The notes beneath the pieces were generated by a model. The model searched no databases. It worked only from the letters and a program-made list of their open reading frames with translations, and had not been told where the DNA came from. This document shows, in pieces, positions 26,142 through 31,783 of a DNA stretch of 31,783 bases. Numbering within the stretch: the first letter of the stretch is position 1; the number at the start of each line of letters is the position of its first letter. The DNA is from a virus (lineage: Duplodnaviria > Caudoviricetes): positions 1 to 31,783 of IMG/VR virus record IMGVR_UViG_3300038314_001080; one strand, written 5' to 3'. A program made the translations under genes and the position numbers.

Positions 26142-27478
26142 TTTACTGGAATCTCCTTATCTGTTTTATTTCTACGTCTGCCGCCCTTCTTCTTCATGGT
26201 GGGATCATTTGGGTTATCTTTTACTTTATCAGCTTTCATCTGGTTTGCTCGTGGTTTCTGAACACCACCTTCACCTTGCTCCTGTCCATTTAGCAAACCC
26301 ATCATTGGATCAGGTTCTGGCAATTTCTCGTTAAATTTAGGGGGGAGAAGGTCATTGGCTTTTTGAGGTGTTAGAATTCCATCCGTAACTAGACCACGGA
26401 GGATGTCAATCTCAATCTCCCGTTCCCTCTCCTCGGCTTGTGTCCAAACTAATTTATCTTCCTCAGAACCAATACCTTGACCAACAATAATTTGATCCTC
26501 AAACTCATTCTTCAATTCCCGTTGGTTAGCTTTAATGTGACGACCAAAAGCTCTCAGTTGAACTTCTGCATCTGCTTTCCCACTACTTTGCCTTCCTAAC
26601 AATACAGGAGGAACTTGTCCACCAGTGATTATTTGTTGTTCAACGTGTTCAAGTGGAGTTTTAATATCCATCCCTTTCGCATTGAACGCTAGAACACCTA
26701 ATTCAACAAGATGTGACGTTGTAATCTCACTTTCTGCTGACAAATCACGTAGAGTAGAACTAATTGTATCAACAATGTCAGTATTTGCTGGAAATTGGTC
26801 ATTTCCTACTTTTGCCCAAATTAAAGGAGCAACATACTTGAAAATAATCTTTCTCAGGTTATTTTCCATGTCTAACTTGATATTTATCGGTTGGATTAAC
26901 GAATGGATGACACTTCGGCCATATTTCTCAGAATTTAACACATTATGCTTAAAATGAATGATAGAATCGATACTTCGTATCTTTTTCTTAAATTTTAAAT
27001 CAGTTTGCTCATCACCTGTTGTTCCCCATAACACTAAATGTTTATCATTCATTATTTGGGCATAACCAGTAATTTCTCCCGTGTTTTTTCTGTAAACAAC
27101 CATCCAAATAGGATCAAGCATCTTTAATTCATCATTTCCAACAGCTTCAGAAAAAGAATCACCATATAACAACATGATTTTTGCTGTTCTGTGAAAGAAC
27201 TGCATGAGATTAACTTTATCTCCCCATTCAGTAAGTTTTTTTTTATTCTTCCCTTCAAAAAAGAATTCCTGTACTGTCTGGTCTGCTTGAACATCTATTA
27301 TAGCTGTTACAAGTGGCACTTGGTCATACGCTTGTTTGTAAATACTGAGGAGTGCACTCCTCTGTTGAGTTTTATCTTCTTCCGCCAAACCGAAGATACC
27401 ATTTCCTCCAGTTTTAACAATTGCAACTCCACCCTCATTGATGGGTTTACCTCTAAAAAACTCCCTAAATCGTCCCAT
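26138..27478 (-). CDS. Portal protein
   Basis: Follows TerL; LLYGDSF, IIHFK, YGRS and VPPVLLG motifs. Confidence 0.9.
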   Translation of the reverse strand: MGRFREFFRGKPINEGGVAIVKTGGNGIFGLAEEDKTQQRSALLSIYKQAYDQVPLVTAIIDVQADQTVQEFFFEGKNKKKLTEWGDKVNLMQFFHRTAKIMLLYGDSFSEAVGNDELKMLDPIWMVVYRKNTGEITGYAQIMNDKHLVLWGTTGDEQTDLKFKKKIRSIDSIIHFKHNVLNSEKYGRSVIHSLIQPINIKLDMENNLRKIIFKYVAPLIWAKVGNDQFPANTDIVDTISSTLRDLSAESEITTSHLVELGVLAFNAKGMDIKTPLEHVEQQIITGGQVPPVLLGRQSSGKADAEVQLRAFGRHIKANQRELKNEFEDQIIVGQGIGSEEDKLVWTQAEEREREIEIDILRGLVTDGILTPQKANDLLPPKFNEKLPEPDPMMGLLNGQEQGEGGVQKPRANQMKADKVKDNPNDPTMKKKGGRRRNKTDKEIPVK

Positions 27479-27500
27479 ATAATATATTGAGAATGTTACC

Positions 27501-27513
27501 CTTTAAAACCACT
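27501..27513 (-). promoter_or_regulatory. Leaderless promoter of the portal/head operon
   Basis: AGTGG-TTTTAAAG 22 nt upstream of the portal ATG; no RBS before the ATG. Confidence 0.6.
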
Positions 27514-29002
27514 ACGTTTTTGACACAATGAAAGGACTACTCTTACCTCTGTTCCGTTCAGAACCCTTAACAGCGGAAAATACACCCATTGTAATGTGAC
27601 GAGCTATGTAATTAGCTAATCCTAAAGAAATAACCATGTCATCATGCTTCCCAGTACCTTGAAACTGTACTGTTTTGGTTCTCATGTTAAAAATTATCCC
27701 AAACTTACTTAATTCATCTAAAAGTTTTATTGACATTGTTTTTGTACGAACATCATCGTGAGAATATGGAATTATGAACCCTTGCTTCTCAAATTGGTCA
27801 CGAAGGGCTTTAATTATCTCTTCTTTGCTCTTATTTGTTGAACTGAACTTGTATCCATCAATCGGAACACCTTCTGCCTTCAGATCGTAGATGAAAACTT
27901 TCCCAAATGTATTTTCGTCACCTAACGCCTTGATTATCCTGAACTGTTCAGCCAATTCAATGATACGGTCTTTCTGGATATTGTAGTCCATGCCCCTGAA
28001 CCGTTCCATGTGAACAATTTTGAGTCGTTTGTCTCCAGGTGACTTTTCCAAGATTGTGATAACAGTATAATCTGACCCTGCCTGAGCTGACATCGCAAAA
28101 TCAACACCCATGAAATATTGTTTGTACGCCATTGGCAATTCTTGGAATGTAGCTGAAGGATCAAGACAAGCTTCAATCATTGCTGTTGGGAATAATTTAT
28201 CTTGAGTACCAACAGGTTTAAGCAGAAATTCCTGTGACCAAGTCATACTGTTGTATGTCTCAATTGTCATACTTGTCGCACGATCTTTAATATGAATCGC
28301 TCCACCCTCTCTAACAATCTTCGTATCAGGGTATCTTTCAATGAATAGTTTCCCTTTTTCACCTTCTGCTGGGTAACGATCAAAATGGATGGAACTGAAT
28401 CCAGGATCACGTTCAACTTCATGTAATAGGTCAAGTTCAGATTTTGGGGTACCAACACCAACAAAGAAACCACGCTTTGCACGTATAGTTGGTAGAACGG
28501 CTTTTCTCAGAATTTCATGGTCTTGGTACTCTCCCATTTCATCACAACCTAACCCATCTACATGAAGTCCTCTTACGTTATCGTTATACGCTTTACTAAG
28601 AATACGAGAATGATTTGCAAGTTCAAGTTCCGTTCTACTCCAAGATTGGGAACGATTAGAAGGAACGAGACTTCTTAACATAGGTGTAGTGAGAACTGTT
28701 ATTCTTATATCCTTCAACACCTCTATTGCTTGTGGAAGTGTCTTTGAAATGATTAAATATTGACCTGCTGGGTTAGTTATTGCTTTCCATAGGAAATAAT
28801 GAACAAACAACTGGCGTGTCTTCCCACTTGTACGGAATGCCATGAAACAAACCCGATTCTTAGATTCAATCAGTTTGAGCCATTCTTTTTGGAAGCTGGT
28901 GAGTTTCCAAGTGGTTCCATGGTATATGACATTCTCGATGAAGTAAACGGGATCCGTTTTGACCTTCTTTGGGTCGAGTTTTCTTTGCTTTTTTTTGGCC
29001 AT
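27512..29002 (-). CDS. terL: Terminase large subunit
   Basis: Walker A FRTSGKT, Walker B LGCDE, GTP coupling motif, nuclease motifs GVDFA and HDDMV. Confidence 0.95.
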   Translation of the reverse strand: MAKKKQRKLDPKKVKTDPVYFIENVIYHGTTWKLTSFQKEWLKLIESKNRVCFMAFRTSGKTRQLFVHYFLWKAITNPAGQYLIISKTLPQAIEVLKDIRITVLTTPMLRSLVPSNRSQSWSRTELELANHSRILSKAYNDNVRGLHVDGLGCDEMGEYQDHEILRKAVLPTIRAKRGFFVGVGTPKSELDLLHEVERDPGFSSIHFDRYPAEGEKGKLFIERYPDTKIVREGGAIHIKDRATSMTIETYNSMTWSQEFLLKPVGTQDKLFPTAMIEACLDPSATFQELPMAYKQYFMGVDFAMSAQAGSDYTVITILEKSPGDKRLKIVHMERFRGMDYNIQKDRIIELAEQFRIIKALGDENTFGKVFIYDLKAEGVPIDGYKFSSTNKSKEEIIKALRDQFEKQGFIIPYSHDDVRTKTMSIKLLDELSKFGIIFNMRTKTVQFQGTGKHDDMVISLGLANYIARHITMGVFSAVKGSERNRGKSSPFIVSKT

Positions 29003-29088
29003 TCTGTATGTGTAACGCAGTATCCATCCACGAAACCATCGTATTTACAACGGAGTCCTTTTTTTGTAATTGCTTTGCAACGTGTCAT
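28870..29088 (-). CDS. C-x9-C-x9-C-x2-H zinc finger ORF (DUF5763-like) overlapping terL
   Basis: RCKAITKKGLRC...YCVTH; AAGGTG RBS before ATG 29088. Confidence 0.6.
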   Translation of the reverse strand: MTRCKAITKKGLRCKYDGFVDGYCVTHTEWPKKSKENSTQRRSKRIPFTSSRMSYTMEPLGNSPASKKNGSN

Positions 29089-29151
29089 TATGCGCACCTT
29101 GATTTAGCTTTATTTTACACACTTTTTGAACAAACATGTCAAAATGGGCGG

Positions 29152-29532
29152 TTACTTCTTCACATCCGTTTCAATCCAATCTAGGAACGATTCTTTCTCA
29201 TTACCTTCCGTCTTATTGTTCTGAGATAACAAACGATAATAAGCACGAAAGTCACTTTCCAATTGTTTAAGGTAATAAGATAATTCATTAACTTTAATCC
29301 TGACAAGTTTCCCATCTTGGTCATTTTCTTCAAAGAACATTCCATATTTAAGTAAACATTCCTCGATATACCGCATTTTCATCCATGTAGAGACCATACG
29401 GTTAGCAGACATAATATCAACTGGCCGGGTTAATCCCCATTGATTGATAACAGCTTCAATAATCTTAAGGAACTCTTTCTTGTTGTCCGCAGGAATCTTT
29501 CCCACCGCTTTCTTCAGTTCACTTTTTCTCAT
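29152..29532 (-). CDS. Putative terminase small subunit
   Basis: 126-aa helical protein upstream of TerL; positional inference. Confidence 0.5.
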   Translation of the reverse strand: MRKSELKKAVGKIPADNKKEFLKIIEAVINQWGLTRPVDIMSANRMVSTWMKMRYIEECLLKYGMFFEENDQDGKLVRIKVNELSYYLKQLESDFRAYYRLLSQNNKTEGNEKESFLDWIETDVKK

Positions 29533-29677
29533 TATTCTGATACCTGTGGTGAAAACAATATCTGTCTCCTCTTTGTCGGCGATTAAAGCATTTCTCGCCT
29601 CTTTTGGTGGTTCCCTTGCATTTTGGGTCTATCCCAACAAGGTAGTCCCTTTCATCGAATCCGTATTCTATTTCCAT
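29519..29677 (-). CDS. DUF5763-like zinc finger protein, 52 aa (…CKGTTKRGEKCFNRRQRGDRYCFHH…); not in ORF track
   Basis: Manual translation; same motif as 28870-29088. Confidence 0.7.
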   Translation of the reverse strand: MEIEYGFDERDYLVGIDPKCKGTTKRGEKCFNRRQRGDRYCFHHRYQNNEKK

Positions 29678-30405
29678 CTGTTCTTTTCCGCTTCCGTCTT
29701 AAAGTCAAAATGTTTTATCTTGAACATCATTCTCGCACCAAATTGATTTAACATTGGCGGCTCTGACCTAACCACATACCCTTCAAAGAATCTTCCAGTG
29801 TTTATTATCTTCATATCTTTTTCCCAATTATACTTTAAAATATCATCAGTAAACTTATGACAAACAACATTTCTTAATCCTGTTCCTTTACAAAATCCCC
29901 TTAAACTTTTCCAATCAAAGAAACTGTTACCGCATTTGATGTCAAACACTATAAAGTCCTTGTCATCTGTATAAGTCTGCCAGTGCTTTTGTATCCCTTT
30001 TCCTACTCCTTCCCCGAATATGGTAATCAAAGACGTGGAATCTTCAAAATAAGAAAGTATTTTTTTGAAGTCAACGTTATCAAAACAAGAAAGATAATGT
30101 TTTATGTTGTTCAAAGTCTCGTAATACTCCCATGTGCCTGCTGAAGGCAAGGCTCTTGCGATAATTTTGCTTCTTTTTCTTACATAAATTTCCTTATCTG
30201 GAGTGATGACTATCCCCAAATTAGTGCCATGATATTTCTCAGTAACAACAAAGTTCTTGATGTTTCTAATCGCTTCTAATTTTGGGTTCAGATTACCTTC
30301 GACTACCTTAAATTTATCATCCCTCTCCCAAAGAGTCTGCAATTTAGGGTACTTTGTCAAAGGATTCAATTCAATTACTTTATCTGGAATCAATTTTATT
30401 GTCAT
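29668..30405 (-). CDS. ATP-dependent RNA ligase, Rnl2-like nucleotidyltransferase domain
   Basis: Motif I EKYHGTN, III IFGEGVG (GIQK), IIIa FIVFDI, IV EGYVVR, V FKIK. Confidence 0.85.
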   Translation of the reverse strand: MTIKLIPDKVIELNPLTKYPKLQTLWERDDKFKVVEGNLNPKLEAIRNIKNFVVTEKYHGTNLGIVITPDKEIYVRKRSKIIARALPSAGTWEYYETLNNIKHYLSCFDNVDFKKILSYFEDSTSLITIFGEGVGKGIQKHWQTYTDDKDFIVFDIKCGNSFFDWKSLRGFCKGTGLRNVVCHKFTDDILKYNWEKDMKIINTGRFFEGYVVRSEPPMLNQFGARMMFKIKHFDFKTEAEKNRWK

Positions 30406-30523
30406 TATCTTTCTCCAGTTTCTTTAGTCTTTCACAGCTACGATTTATTACCTCTCTCCTATCTTCTTCAGTCAGTTCTTGAAGTAAAAGTTCACAAACA
30501 ATCTTTTTAGTTTCGTATTTCAT
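30380..30523 (-). CDS. Hypothetical helical protein, 47 aa; not in ORF track
   Basis: GGAGG RBS before ATG 30523. Confidence 0.55.
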   Translation of the reverse strand: MKYETKKIVCELLLQELTEEDRREVINRSCERLKKLEKDNDNKIDSR

Positions 30524-30537
30524 TTTCAACTCCTCCA

Positions 30538-30612
30538 TTAATCACCTTCTGTGAAACTAATCTGTCTGGATTCAGAAGTTTTATGCCCAAACAGTTTACA
30601 TCTAATTCCCAT
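30538..30612 (-). CDS. 24-aa peptide MGIRCKLFGHKTSESRQISFTEGD (DUF1660-like N-terminus, possibly truncated)
   Basis: GAGGT RBS, TGATG coupling, CKLFGHK motif. Confidence 0.45.
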   Translation of the reverse strand: MGIRCKLFGHKTSESRQISFTEGD

Positions 30613-30782
30613 CAGATATACCTCTTACAATTATAACAAACAACACCTTCAGTAACAAGTTCAATGGGTAAACTCTGTGCAAATGCTTCCATTGTCTTTG
30701 GAACTTTTACTATATCCAACTCTCTCCTACTGAATGCTTGACCACAACAGTAACAGAATGGTCTAAATGGTTTCCATTTCAT
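30612..30782 (-). CDS. Zinc-finger protein, 56 aa (CYCC...CYNC); not in ORF track
   Basis: Manual translation; GGTGA RBS and ATGA overlap. Confidence 0.65.
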   Translation of the reverse strand: MKWKPFRPFCYCCGQAFSRRELDIVKVPKTMEAFAQSLPIELVTEGVVCYNCKRYI

Positions 30783-30997
30783 TTATGGTCACCAATCAGT
30801 TGAGCAATACATTTCTCACCGTTACCTTTATCATACAGTAACAATTCAATACAATCAACATGAATCTGTTCAGCTGATATGATATTGCCTTCTTGAGTAC
30901 CATTTTTCCCAATCAGGGAAATTGGTTTCACATCCGCTTTATTACAAATCAAACATTTCCAATCATTCGATAAGTTTGGTTTTTCAAAGATTCTCAT
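30779..30997 (-). CDS. Small zinc-binding protein (CxxC...HxxC)
   Basis: CLIC and HVDC; ATGA-coupled. Confidence 0.7.
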   Translation of the reverse strand: MRIFEKPNLSNDWKCLICNKADVKPISLIGKNGTQEGNIISAEQIHVDCIELLLYDKGNGEKCIAQLIGDHK

Positions 30998-31248
30998 TGA
31001 TATCCCTCATTCATACATTTCACACAATATTCTCCTTTCTTCTTCGGCCCTCGCCTGAGAACAACCAAACATCTATGACACTTAACAACTTCAATCCCAC
31101 GCAGTTTATACCAATCCAGCTTAATACCACCTTTCATACGAATGATAGCAGAACAATGGTTAAACTTATCTGCTATATTCTGATCAAGTTTCCCCTCAAG
31201 TTTTTTTGGAATTAAAATTTTTGCTAAAAAATATTTTAAGATTTTCAT
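30994..31248 (-). CDS. Small zinc-finger protein (CHRC...CVKC)
   Basis: Two CxxC pairs; ATGA-coupled. Confidence 0.7.
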   Translation of the reverse strand: MKILKYFLAKILIPKKLEGKLDQNIADKFNHCSAIIRMKGGIKLDWYKLRGIEVVKCHRCLVVLRRGPKKKGEYCVKCMNEGYQ

Positions 31249-31490
31249 TGGGATAACTCTCCCCTGATTTGTTGAAGTTCCTGTTTCAATTCAGCGTACC
31301 TTTTCAACTTAGATAAACTCTTCTCAAATTTCTCAACAGATAATTCTTCACCTTCTTCCATTAAGATTATGACAACTTCCTGTTCTTCCCTACCTAACAC
31401 AGCAGAAACATCTTTCGTTAAATTGATAAATCCCCGGTAAGAATTTTTCCCGTTAGGTTGCGTCTTATATTTCTGGTTACTTATTATCAT
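31245..31490 (-). CDS. Putative AbrB/SpoVT-like swapped-hairpin regulator with coiled coil
   Basis: KTQPNGKNSYRGFINLTKDV..LG...EVVI pattern. Confidence 0.45.
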   Translation of the reverse strand: MIISNQKYKTQPNGKNSYRGFINLTKDVSAVLGREEQEVVIILMEEGEELSVEKFEKSLSKLKRYAELKQELQQIRGELSQ

Positions 31491-31695
31491 TTGTTTTCCT
31501 CCTGTTATAGCTCCGTTTTGATGCTAACCGATAATTCATTCGCTTAATTTGTGTGTAGAAGTAATCATAAGATTCTTCGTCAAAATTTAGAACAATAAAC
31601 TTTTCAGCATCCCTGAACGAAATCCTATATCCTTTTCCGTTTGGTTGAACTTTAACCAGTTGGTGCGGTTTGATGTTATGGATTGATGTCTTCAT
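31477..31695 (-). CDS. Hypothetical first gene of the leftward operon
   Basis: 72 aa, leaderless behind a TATA box; shares KxQPNGK..YR with the next gene. Confidence 0.65.
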   Translation of the reverse strand: MKTSIHNIKPHQLVKVQPNGKGYRISFRDAEKFIVLNFDEESYDYFYTQIKRMNYRLASKRSYNRRKTNDNK

Positions 31696-31719
31696 AAGAA
31701 TTATAAGAATTGTGTGAAC

Positions 31720-31734
31720 TATTTAAATCTTTCT
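31720..31734 (-). promoter_or_regulatory. Archaeal BRE+TATA promoter (leaderless)
   Basis: AGAAAGA-TTTAAATA 24 nt upstream of ATG 31695. Confidence 0.7.
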
Positions 31735-31783
31735 ATTTAAAGAAATACCCCTAAAAAATTCGGAAAATTATGAGGGAGGTGTC

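Larger units (their letters stand above)
1..31783 (-). mobile_element. Tailed archaeal virus genome (Caudoviricetes, siphovirus-like), near-complete or complete
   Basis: Canonical TerL-portal-protease-MCP-neck-tail-TMP order plus a primase-helicase; archaeal-type promoters, RBSs and T-tract terminators; no integrase or host housekeeping genes seen. Confidence 0.88.

Noticed and set aside
1-31783. CRISPR array, tRNA genes, integrase/att sites, DGR reverse transcriptase, inteins
   Set aside because: No regularly spaced repeats, cloverleafs or diagnostic motifs seen by eye; intergenic gaps are short
1-31783. Stop-codon reassignment
   Set aside because: Coding density is high under the standard code; TGA, TAG and TAA all end well-defined genes, and TGA readthrough does not repair the split zinc fingers

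Overview
The window looks like an essentially complete (~31.8 kb, possibly circular) genome of a tailed, HK97-fold, siphovirus-like archaeal virus. Nearly all genes are on the minus strand. Gene order from right to left: small regulatory/zinc-finger genes, Rnl2-type RNA ligase, TerS-like gene, TerL, portal, protease/scaffold, cement protein, major capsid protein, head-fibre-like genes, head-tail adaptor and closure, an inserted glycosyltransferase + two methyltransferase cassette, tail genes, Asp-box receptor-binding protein, transglutaminase-like protease with holin-like proteins, and an AEP primase/PriL-like/MCM-like helicase fusion. An archaeal host is inferred from BRE+TATA boxes 21-26 nt before ATGs, GGAGG/GAGGTGA ribosome-binding sites, oligo-T terminators and many zinc-finger microproteins; a DPANN host is only a guess. 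I saw no integrase, tRNA or CRISPR array. The most notable observations are: three A-run sites where a -1 shift or one extra A joins adjacent ORFs (one fuses a zinc finger to TerL); an ATT-initiated head-closure gene; three nested starts in the protease/scaffold gene; a shared AGTGGTTTTAWA putative late-promoter motif; and an ORF that is completed by joining the window ends. All protein calls are by-eye motif and synteny inferences; no searches were run.
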